Shown: piece after piece, positions 32,779 through 40,587 of the stretch
How the letters are laid out: every line of letters begins with the position of its first letter
Position numbering within the stretch: the stretch's first letter is position 1
From: Candidatus Methylomirabilia bacterium
GTDB lineage: Bacteria > Methylomirabilota > Methylomirabilia > Rokubacteriales > CSP1-6
DNA length: 40,776 nucleotides
Direction of reading: 5' to 3'
Assembly: GCA_041492755.1 (NCBI GenBank)
Contig: JBGPXN010000023.1
Coordinates: forward strand, 1 to 40,776
The notes under the pieces: model-generated
Database searches by the model: none
Told to the model about the DNA's origin: nothing
Seen by the model: the letters and a program-made list of their open reading frames with translations, nothing else
Translations under genes and position numbers: made by a program

Positions 32779-33410
32779 GCCCGCTCTCCCGCGTAGAAAC
32801 CGAGATAGCGCTTCATCTCCGCCACACACTGCTCCATGACACCGATGTCCTTGCTCACCTTCGCCATGAGGATCGCGCCCTCGAGGGATGCGACCAGGAA
32901 CTGGGCCACCACCGCCGGCTGGCACTCGCCCGTCACGCGTCCATGGGCACGAGCGTCCTCAAGAGCCTGCGTCAGTCGCTCGCGCCACGCCGAGAAGACG
33001 CTGGCGAGCCGGCTGCGAAATCCCTCGTGCACGTCGGAGAGCTCGGAAGCCAGGTTGCCGAGCGGGCAGCCGCCAACGCAGTTGCGCTGCCGCTGGGCGT
33101 CGAGCACGCGATCGAGAAAGCATCGGATCTGGGCGATCGAATCGCCCGCGGGATCGGAGAAGCAGGGGCCAAGGGTCCGATCGAGGAAGCCCGCGATGAT
33201 CTGGTCGAGGATCGCGTAGCCAAGGTCTTCCTTGCTCTTGAAGTAGTGGTAGAAGTTGCCCTTGCCCACGCCGCTCTCGCGCAGCACATCATCCAGCGAG
33301 GTGGCCTGGTAGCCGCCCACGTGCATAAGCCTGGTGGCGGCGAGGAGGATCACCTCGCGCGTGTGGCGTCCGTCACGGACCCGGGCTGGAGCGTGGGCTG
33401 GTGTCGTCAT
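32775..33410 (-). CDS. TetR/AcrR-family regulator (NemR-like, Cys-rich)
   Basis: HTH GYQATSLDDV...GKGNFYHYFKSKEDL; GCPLGNL; LEGAILMAK. Confidence 0.9.
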   Translation of the reverse strand: MTTPAHAPARVRDGRHTREVILLAATRLMHVGGYQATSLDDVLRESGVGKGNFYHYFKSKEDLGYAILDQIIAGFLDRTLGPCFSDPAGDSIAQIRCFLDRVLDAQRQRNCVGGCPLGNLASELSDVHEGFRSRLASVFSAWRERLTQALEDARAHGRVTGECQPAVVAQFLVASLEGAILMAKVSKDIGVMEQCVAEMKRYLGFYAGERA

Positions 33411-33459
33411 GTACCGACCAGTCGGTACAGAACGTAACGCGGCGCCGGCCCGTCGTCAA
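33410..33459 (-). promoter_or_regulatory. TetR promoter and palindromic operator
   Basis: Palindrome TGTACCGAC-CA-GTCGGTACA (33410-33429) abuts the ATG. TTGACG(33459-33454)-N17-TACGTT(33436-33431). Confidence 0.75.
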
Positions 33460-33554
33460 CAGAATCAGTCACACGTATTTTATTTCAGGTACTTGCTGTC
33501 ACGATCGCCACGGTCGTTCTCCCTTGAGCCCGCCCCGGTCTCCTCCGGCTTTGC

Positions 33555-33683
33555 CGCGCGATCCAGAAGATTGGTGGGACCATGCCGGAGCAGCTTCCCC
33601 CCGCGCGCCCGATCAAGCAACTCGTCGCCGAGAGGAAGCGGGCGCTGAAGGCAAAGCCCAAGGAGATCGCCGACGGCGCGTAA
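33555..33683 (+). pseudogene. 3' remnant of a DinD-like (DNA damage-inducible protein D) gene
   Basis: Frame reads RAIQKIGGTMPEQLPPARPIKQLVAERKRALK...*, resembling the recalled DinD C-terminal motif IxxxGGTMPExLP..IKQ. In-frame TGA at 33525 upstream; no N-terminal part. Confidence 0.6.
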
Positions 33684-33778
33684 CCGCGAACGCCCCCCCT
33701 ATGCTCGCCACGCTTCGCGATGCCGGTCGAAGTTTCACCGTGAAACCAAGGGAAATAGCAGGGCTTGGGGGGATTAAC

Positions 33779-33860
33779 TTGACACACACCGACCCCACAT
33801 CTAGGGTCACCCACCAATGGTGGCCCGACGTATTGTGGGCGGGTGTGAATATGTGGATAA
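33779..33860 (+). promoter_or_regulatory. Sigma70 promoter with tandem NrdR-like boxes and a DnaA box
   Basis: TTGACA(33779)-N17-TAGGGT(33802). Boxes ACCCCACATCTAGGGT (33792-33807) and GCCCGACGTATTGTGG (33823-33838), 31 bp apart. TGTGGATAA at 33852-33860. Confidence 0.62.
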
Positions 33861-33910
33861 GTTGCCGGGGGGCCACCAGAGTCGTCATATGATGAGTATA
33901 GGAGGCGACC

Positions 33911-34306
33911 ATGGCTGCCAAGCGCCAGATAGGGATATTCGACGTTCCCGACGCGCTACTCCGAAAGCTGTTTGCCGAAGGGTTCGTCGATTTGCCCTGC
34001 CGAGTAGTAAATCGGCCGCGCTGGAAGGACGAGTGGCTTGTCTTTCTCGATGTCCCTGTCCCGGACGGGGAGCCGAGGAGACTTCTCTATACCGACAAGG
34101 ACAACGTTCAGATAACGGCCGGCGACCCCGATTCGGACGACGGGGCCGTTGGACTCCTCCATGCCCCGATATCTGTGGAGGCAACCCAGAGAGCGCATCA
34201 GCGGAATGAGCGGGTTTTACTCGCCGGTCTTCCCGGTGATCCGTATACCGGCGGCCATTGGATCGGTGTTCCGCTCGATTTTGTAGCTCAACGGTACGCC
34301 ATGTAG
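33911..34306 (+). CDS. Hypothetical protein, 131 aa, no recognised domain
   Basis: Strong AGGAGG RBS 5 nt before the ATG; lies downstream of a consensus promoter; lower-GC sequence like the next gene. Confidence 0.7.
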   Translation: MAAKRQIGIFDVPDALLRKLFAEGFVDLPCRVVNRPRWKDEWLVFLDVPVPDGEPRRLLYTDKDNVQITAGDPDSDDGAVGLLHAPISVEATQRAHQRNERVLLAGLPGDPYTGGHWIGVPLDFVAQRYAM

Positions 34307-34346
34307 CCGGCGCTCCTGATTCGAGCGGGCGCCTGGAGGGGTCGCG

Positions 34347-34883
34347 ATGTTCCTCTCCGATGTGGAAATTGAAGCGGCGCTCGCCGTGAAAGAGATCACG
34401 ATCGATCCATTCGTGGTCGATCACCTCTCGGCCTGCACGATCGATCTGCGAATCAACGAAACGATTTGGTTGCCGACCGAGGCCCCGCAGGACTACGAAA
34501 TTCGACCGAAGACGCTCAAAGCGCGCCCCCAGGAGAGTTGGCCAGCCTACAGCATCACCGACACGTATCATCTTGAGCCGGGCGGCTTTGTTCTTGGTGA
34601 GACATACGAGCGCATCAGTATTGCGCCTACTGCGCCCATCCTCGGATTCTTGGAGGGTAGAAGCAGTGTTGCTCGCCTCGGGCTGTTGGTTCACTGCTCT
34701 GCGCCCCTAGTCGCCCCTGGCTATTCGGGACGGATCACCCTTGAACTCGTCAATCTCGGGAAGCATCCGTTGCCACTGAAGTACAAAGACTCGATATGCC
34801 AGATCGCGTTCGCGCGTCTTGGAATACCGAGTAGTCGACCATCTCCCGGCTCAAAGAAACCCCAGCCGCGCTACGGTGTTTAG
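34347..34883 (+). CDS. dcd: dCTP deaminase (trimeric dUTPase fold), divergent
   Basis: MFLSD, IDLR, LEPGGFVLG, EGRSSVARLGL, PGYSGRITLE, ICQ; GGAGGGG RBS. Confidence 0.82.
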   Translation: MFLSDVEIEAALAVKEITIDPFVVDHLSACTIDLRINETIWLPTEAPQDYEIRPKTLKARPQESWPAYSITDTYHLEPGGFVLGETYERISIAPTAPILGFLEGRSSVARLGLLVHCSAPLVAPGYSGRITLELVNLGKHPLPLKYKDSICQIAFARLGIPSSRPSPGSKKPQPRYGV

Positions 34884-35000
34884 CCTTTTGGGGCAGCCGC
34901 CCGATTTCTTGGGCAGGCGCGAGTTAATGGGCAAAGCCGTCTCTTCCGGGGCCCGCCACGCCCCGCGCCCGGTAGAGCGTCGGCGACGCGGCGGCACGGC

Positions 35001-36185
35001 TCAGCGCGCCAGCGCGTTCAGGGTCACGTTGAGCGCGACGCGCAGACCGACGGGCAGGCCGGCCTCGTTCATCTCGAACTCCGGGGCGTGGTGCGGCAGC
35101 GGGCGGTCCGGGGGCGCGATGCCGACGCGGAAATAGCAGCCCGGCCGCGCACGCAGGAAATAGGTCATGTCGTCGCTGGCCATGACCGGACGGCCCGGGG
35201 TCACGGGGCCCTCGCCGAGCTCGGCCACGGCGCACTCGCGCACGAACGCGGCTTCACGCTCCGGATTGACCACGGCCGGGCAGCTCATCTGGCCGTAGAC
35301 GAGTCGGGCCTCGGCGCGGTACGCGCGCGCCATGTCGGCGACGAAGCTGCCGAGGCGCCCGAGGATCTGCTCGCGGACGCCGTCGTCGAACGTACGGAGC
35401 GTGCCGCTCATCACGGCGCCGGCCGGGATGATGTTGTTCTTGGTTCCCGCCTGGATCTGGCCCACGGTCAGCACCGCCGTCTCGAGCGCGGAGACTTCTT
35501 TGGCGACGAGATGCTGCATGCCGATCAGGATGTGGGCGGCGGCGGTGACGGGATCGATCGACAGATGGGGATATGCGCCGTGGCCGCCGCGGCCCTGAAT
35601 CTCGACGGTGAACGCGTCGCCGGAGGCCATCGTCGGACCCGACCGGACCATCACCTGCCCGACCGGCATCTGGGCGTTCAGATGCAGGCCGTAGACTTCG
35701 TCCACGTGCGGGTCGTCGAGCGCGCCGGCCGCGATCATCGGCTGGGCGCCACCGAGCATCTCCTCGGCGTGCTGGAAGATGAGCACCGCCGTGCCCGGCA
35801 GCTCCGCGCGCCGGGCGGCGAGAATCTCGGCGAGCGTGATGGCGATCGCCGTGTGGCCGTCGTGACCGCAGGCGTGCATCACGCCCGGCGTGGCCGACGC
35901 GAACGGCGCGTCGAGGATCTCCGTGAGCGGCAGCGCGTCGATGTCCGCCCGCCACGCCACCGTGCGCCCCGGCCGGTCACCGCGCAGGACGCCGACGACG
36001 CCGTGGCCGCCCACCCCGGTGCGGACCTCGAGCTTCGCCGCGTGCAGGCGCTCGGCGATGATCCCGGCCGTGCGCCGCTCCTCCCAGGACAGCTCGGGAT
36101 GCCGGTGGAAGTCCCGGCGAAGCGCCACCATCGAGTCCAGACGCCGGTCGATCTCCTCGCGCCACGACGTGTCCAGTGTGATCAT
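35001..36185 (-). CDS. M20D amidohydrolase (hippurate hydrolase / IAA-amino acid hydrolase-like)
   Basis: RRDFHRHPELS, RADIDALP, MHACGHDGH, FQHAEE, HHAPEF. Start MITLD at 36185. Confidence 0.9.
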   Translation of the reverse strand: MITLDTSWREEIDRRLDSMVALRRDFHRHPELSWEERRTAGIIAERLHAAKLEVRTGVGGHGVVGVLRGDRPGRTVAWRADIDALPLTEILDAPFASATPGVMHACGHDGHTAIAITLAEILAARRAELPGTAVLIFQHAEEMLGGAQPMIAAGALDDPHVDEVYGLHLNAQMPVGQVMVRSGPTMASGDAFTVEIQGRGGHGAYPHLSIDPVTAAAHILIGMQHLVAKEVSALETAVLTVGQIQAGTKNNIIPAGAVMSGTLRTFDDGVREQILGRLGSFVADMARAYRAEARLVYGQMSCPAVVNPEREAAFVRECAVAELGEGPVTPGRPVMASDDMTYFLRARPGCYFRVGIAPPDRPLPHHAPEFEMNEAGLPVGLRVALNVTLNALAR

Positions 36186-36336
36186 GCTCCGCTCCTCACG
36201 ATGTCGACAGCGAGCAGAAACGCGAGCGGCGGCCAGCTCGTCCTCATCCACGTCTCCTGGGAGGTCCGGCCCCGGGCGTCACGGCGACGCGATCATACCG
36301 TACCGCCCGCATCGCGTGCCCGGGCGCGGGCGCGCC

Positions 36337-36365
36337 TTGACGGGCCACGCGCCCCAGAGCACTAT
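36337..36365 (+). promoter_or_regulatory. Putative sigma70 promoter of the UbiD cluster
   Basis: TTGACG-N17-CACTAT, ending 64 bp upstream of the ATG at 36430. Confidence 0.45.
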
Positions 36366-36429
36366 CCCTGCCTGCGGGCCTGCGCGCCACCGTCCCCGCG
36401 GCGCGCAGGAGCTCGACGGAGGACAGTGG

Positions 36430-37959
36430 ATGAAGAAGGACGTGTCCAGTCTTCGCTCGACCCTCGAGTACCTCGACGCCGTCGGCGAGCTGGTCACGAC
36501 CGACGTGGAAGTCGACCCCCACCTCGAGGTCGCGGCGATCCAGAAGCACTTCGACGGCGGCGCGGCCCTGCTCTTCAACAGGGTGAAGGGCTATCCGAAC
36601 GCGCGGATCTGCAACAACGTCTTCGCCAGCGCCCCGCGCATCGCGCGGCTGTTCGACGTCGACGATCCCCGGCAGCTCAAGCACAAGGTCGTGACGGCCC
36701 TGCGCGATCCGCTGCCACCCGTGGAGGTCAAGGATGGCCCGTGCCAGGAAGTGGTCCTGACCAAGAACTTCGACGTGTGGGACGTCGTGCCGATGATCTC
36801 CCACTCCGACAGCGATCCCGGCCGGACCCTCGGCGCCGGGACCACGGTCGTGCGCGGGAAGCACTTCTGGGGCGGCTCGCACATCGGGTACAACCGGATG
36901 AACTTCCGCGGCCCCGACTTCTCGAGCTTTCAGATCTCGCCGGGCTCGCACATGGACCAGGTCGCCACCCACTGGTACCGACAGGGACCGATTCCGGTGA
37001 CCATCAACATCGGCATCCCGCCCGCCTGCACGATGATGGCCGGCTCCGGCTTCACCTACGTGATCCTGCCGCGCGGCTGCGATGAGCTGGGCGTGGCCGG
37101 CGCCATCCAGGGACAGCCGGTGGAGGTCGTGAAGGCGCGGACGCAAGACGCGTGGTCGATCGCCAATGCGGAGTACGTGATCGAGGGCTACGTCGACACC
37201 ACCCAGAAGGTCTGGGAGAGCCCCCTCGCGGAGAAGGACGGCGAGCAGGGCGTGCACCCGTTCCACCCGGAGTGGTCGGGATACATGGGCAAGGCGTATC
37301 GAACCTACAAGTTCCAGGCGACCGCGATCACCCACCGGGCCGATCGCCCGCTCTACTACGGGCTCATCGTGCACGGCATGGACGAGCACTTCATCGACGG
37401 CGTCGTGCGCGAGGCGTGCTTCCTGGAGCTGGCGGACCGGATCGTCCCCGGCCTCTGCATCGACACGCACATCCCCATGGGCATGACCGACTGGGGGGGC
37501 GTCATCTTCCAGGTGCGCAAGCGCCGAGCCCGAGACGAGGGGTTGCACCGGAACATCCTGACCGCCGCGCTGTCGATCTCGCTGGGGGCGCGGCTCGGCA
37601 TCGTCGTCGACGAGGACGTCGACATTTACAGCATCGAGGACGTCCTGTGGGCCATCACCACGCGGGTGAACCCGAAGGAGGACATCCTCACCGTCTGCGA
37701 GGGCGGATTCGGCCAGACGTTCCAGCCCGCCGAGCGCAGCTCGGCCGGTGAGCGCCAGTGGACGCAGGGCAACATCCGCTTCTCGGGGGCGATGGGCATC
37801 GACGCCACCCGGCCGTTCATCCACAAGGACGCCTTCGCGCGGGCCCGGTACAACGTCGAGGTCGTCGACCTCGCCAAGTTCTACTCGCCCGAGCAGATCA
37901 GCCAGGCGAAGGACGGACAGCGCGATTACGCGAAGTTCCTGGCCGACCGCGGGATCTAA
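36430..37959 (+). CDS. UbiD-family prFMN-dependent decarboxylase, phthaloyl-CoA decarboxylase-like
   Basis: UbiD hallmarks (EVDPHLE, EYVIEG, VDEDVDI...VLWAITTRVNP, GIDAT) plus GGSHIGYNRMNFR, FQISPGSHM, HPEWSGYMGKAY, MTDWGG and GQTFQPAER, which I recall from the Pcd/PhtDa clade. Confidence 0.82.
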   Translation: MKKDVSSLRSTLEYLDAVGELVTTDVEVDPHLEVAAIQKHFDGGAALLFNRVKGYPNARICNNVFASAPRIARLFDVDDPRQLKHKVVTALRDPLPPVEVKDGPCQEVVLTKNFDVWDVVPMISHSDSDPGRTLGAGTTVVRGKHFWGGSHIGYNRMNFRGPDFSSFQISPGSHMDQVATHWYRQGPIPVTINIGIPPACTMMAGSGFTYVILPRGCDELGVAGAIQGQPVEVVKARTQDAWSIANAEYVIEGYVDTTQKVWESPLAEKDGEQGVHPFHPEWSGYMGKAYRTYKFQATAITHRADRPLYYGLIVHGMDEHFIDGVVREACFLELADRIVPGLCIDTHIPMGMTDWGGVIFQVRKRRARDEGLHRNILTAALSISLGARLGIVVDEDVDIYSIEDVLWAITTRVNPKEDILTVCEGGFGQTFQPAERSSAGERQWTQGNIRFSGAMGIDATRPFIHKDAFARARYNVEVVDLAKFYSPEQISQAKDGQRDYAKFLADRGI

Positions 37960-37971
37960 CGAGGGGACCCT

Positions 37972-39018
37972 ATGGACTTCGGAGTGTTCCTGGAGCAGCT
38001 GCGACGGGGAAGCAGTCAGGAGGACTGGTTCCGCGAGACGTTCGAGCTCGCGGAGGCGGCGGAATCGTGGGGGCTCGACGTCGTGTGGCTGGCCGAGATG
38101 CTGGTCAACCCGGCCCGCTCGGTGCTGTCGGGGCCGCTGCTGGTGGCGAGCTGGATCGCGGCCCGGACCCGCCGCCTGCGGGTGGGCACGGCCGTGCAGC
38201 TCCTTCCGTTGAACCACCCGCTGCGCGTGGCCGGCGACGTCACCACGCTCGATCACCTCAGCCAGGGGCGGTTCGACTTCGGGATCGGCCGCAGCGGCGG
38301 AACGCGCGCGTACGACGCGCTCGGCGTTCCCTACGAGGAGAGTCAGGAGCGCTTCTTCGAGGCGCTGGAGATCATTCTCGAGGCCTGGAAGGGCGAGCCG
38401 TTCAGCCACGAGGGAAAGTTCTATCGGTTCACCAAGGTCGCGGTCGCGCCGCGCCCGGTTCAGCGTCCGCATCCACCGGTCCGGATGGCCGCGACGACGC
38501 CGGAGAGCTTTCCACGGGTCGGCCGGATGGGATTGCCGATCTTCGTCGGGCTCCGCGGCATGGACATCCCCGAGCTGGCCGGGCATCTGAAGGTGTACCG
38601 CCAGGCGTGGCATGAGGGTGGTCACGCCGGCGACGGCGACGTGTGTCTGCGCATCCCCGTGTACGGCGGGCCCACCGAAAAGGCGGCCGCGGAGGAGCCG
38701 CACGAGACCATCACGTACTACTTCCAGCGCCAGGCCGATCTCACGCGTCAGCCCATCGGCCGGGCCGGGACCGGACCGGCCGAGCGACGGCAGGCGCAGG
38801 CCTCGCGGCTCGCCAGCCTGTCGTACGACCAGATCTTGAGCACCAAGGTCGCCTTCGGCACCGCCGCGGGCTTGATCGATCGTTTCACCCAGCTCCGAGA
38901 AGAGCTGGGGGTGAACGGGATTGCGGCCGAGCTGAATCCCGGCGGACTGCTGCCCCAGGAAAAGGAAATGCGAAGTCTGCAGATCATGACCCAGCAGGTG
39001 ATGCCGGCGTTCAAGTGA
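37972..39018 (+). CDS. LLM-class (luciferase-like) flavin-dependent oxidoreductase
   Basis: MDFGVF...AESWGLDVVWLAE, TRRLRVGTAV, LDHLSQGRFDFGIGR, PRPVQRPHPP. Confidence 0.88.
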   Translation: MDFGVFLEQLRRGSSQEDWFRETFELAEAAESWGLDVVWLAEMLVNPARSVLSGPLLVASWIAARTRRLRVGTAVQLLPLNHPLRVAGDVTTLDHLSQGRFDFGIGRSGGTRAYDALGVPYEESQERFFEALEIILEAWKGEPFSHEGKFYRFTKVAVAPRPVQRPHPPVRMAATTPESFPRVGRMGLPIFVGLRGMDIPELAGHLKVYRQAWHEGGHAGDGDVCLRIPVYGGPTEKAAAEEPHETITYYFQRQADLTRQPIGRAGTGPAERRQAQASRLASLSYDQILSTKVAFGTAAGLIDRFTQLREELGVNGIAAELNPGGLLPQEKEMRSLQIMTQQVMPAFK

Positions 39019-40586
39019 GCGGCCCCGCCACGATGGCCGACGCCACGGGCTCCACGGCGTACACCGACCCCGGCACGCTGCTCGAGGAACATGCGCGACG
39101 GCGAGGGCACAAGGTCTTCGTCGAGAGCCCGGACCAAGGCACGCGGATCACGTTCGGCGAATTCGAGGCGCTGACCCGGCGCTTCGCCAACTTCCTGGCC
39201 CGTGAGGGCGTGGTCCGCGGCGACCGGATCTCGGTGCTCGCCGAGAACGGCATCGAAGCGCTCCTGGTCTTCTGGGGCGGGCTGCGCAGCGGCGTGATCG
39301 TGAACCCGATCAACGTCGAGATCCGCGAGAAGCACGTGAGCCAGATCCTTCACGACGTCGCCCCGAAGCTCGTCCTGTGCAGCCGCGACCTTCCCGATCG
39401 CCTCCAGTCGCTGTGGACCGGCGGCGCACCGTGGATCCCGTTCGGCGCCTGGAACGCGCCGCAGCCGCCGGCCGACGACCTGTTCGCCCGGTTGCGCACG
39501 GCGTCGGACGCGCCGGCGGCGTACCGTCCCACACGGACGGACTGGTCGCTGATCGTGTACACGTCGGGCACCACGGACGTGCCGAAGGGCGCGATCTGGA
39601 CGCACGAGGCGTACTACGCCATGGGCGAGTCGCCGCGCGAGCGCCTGGCCCTGACCGAGGCCGACGTCATCCTCGACTACCGGCACTTCAGCTGGTCGTC
39701 GCCCCAGATCCTCTCCATCGGGCCGACGCTGCAGACGGGCGCCACCCTCGTGCTCGCGCGCCGGTTCTCGCAGGCGCGCTTCTTCGACTGGCTGCGCGAG
39801 TACGGCGTCACCGTGGCCGTCGGGATTCCCACCGTCATCAACATGCTGCTGGCGCGGCCGGTCGAGCTGACCAGGGCGGCGGTGCCGCGGCTGCGGTTCA
39901 TGACGTCGAGCACGGCGCCGCTCTCGGTCGAGAAGCACCTCGAGTTCGAGAAGACGTACGGGATCCCCATCGTGCAGCTCGCGGGCGGCACCGAGACGGG
40001 CTTCATGTGCGGCAACCATCCCGACCAGCGCAAGCTGGGCTCGATCGGGCGTCCCACGCTCAACATGCGGGTCCGGCTGCTCGACGACGCGGGCGACGAA
40101 GTGCCGGTGGGCCAGGAAGGCGAGATGGTCGTCAGCGGCCGGCAACTGGCGTCGGCGTACTGGCAGGGACCGGACCGGCTCGTCCCCATCCCTCAAGACG
40201 GGTTTCGCAACGGCGACCTCGCCCGGCAGGACGAGGACGGGTTCGTCTACATCACCGGCCGCAAGAAGGACATCATCATCAAGGGCGGCGTGAACATCGC
40301 GTCGCTGGAGATCACGAACTGTCTGCTCCAGCACCCGGGGGTCGCGGAGGCGGCGACGCTCGGGGTGAAGGACGACATCTACGGCGAGGTCCCGGTCGGG
40401 TTCGTCGCGTTCCGGCCCGGCCGAAGCCTCGGCGAAGCGGCGCTGCTCGAGCACTGCCGGACGCAGCTGGTGGCCTTCAAGGTGCCAGCCGCCGTGCTCG
40501 TGCTCGACACCATCCCGAAAAACGCCAACGGCAAGGTCGACCGAAGCCTCCTGGCGACGCTCTGGGAGCAGCGGATCGGACGCTGA
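39015..40586 (+). CDS. Acyl/aryl-CoA ligase (ANL family)
   Basis: YTSGTTDVPKG, GGTETG, FRNGDL, GRKKDIIIKGG, PKNANGKVDR. Start is either GTG 39015 (overlapping the LLM stop) or ATG 39033. Confidence 0.88.
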   Translation: MSGPATMADATGSTAYTDPGTLLEEHARRRGHKVFVESPDQGTRITFGEFEALTRRFANFLAREGVVRGDRISVLAENGIEALLVFWGGLRSGVIVNPINVEIREKHVSQILHDVAPKLVLCSRDLPDRLQSLWTGGAPWIPFGAWNAPQPPADDLFARLRTASDAPAAYRPTRTDWSLIVYTSGTTDVPKGAIWTHEAYYAMGESPRERLALTEADVILDYRHFSWSSPQILSIGPTLQTGATLVLARRFSQARFFDWLREYGVTVAVGIPTVINMLLARPVELTRAAVPRLRFMTSSTAPLSVEKHLEFEKTYGIPIVQLAGGTETGFMCGNHPDQRKLGSIGRPTLNMRVRLLDDAGDEVPVGQEGEMVVSGRQLASAYWQGPDRLVPIPQDGFRNGDLARQDEDGFVYITGRKKDIIIKGGVNIASLEITNCLLQHPGVAEAATLGVKDDIYGEVPVGFVAFRPGRSLGEAALLEHCRTQLVAFKVPAAVLVLDTIPKNANGKVDRSLLATLWEQRIGR

Positions 40587-40587
40587 G

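Noticed and set aside
33844..33860. DnaA boxes as a replication origin
   Set aside because: Only one perfect and one imperfect box, no AT-rich unwinding element and no dnaA/dnaN nearby; a regulatory role fits better.
33401..33921. ORFs 33401-33892 (+), 33485-33817 (-) and 33613-33921 (-)
   Set aside because: No convincing RBS or domain; they overlap the promoter elements and the dinD remnant.
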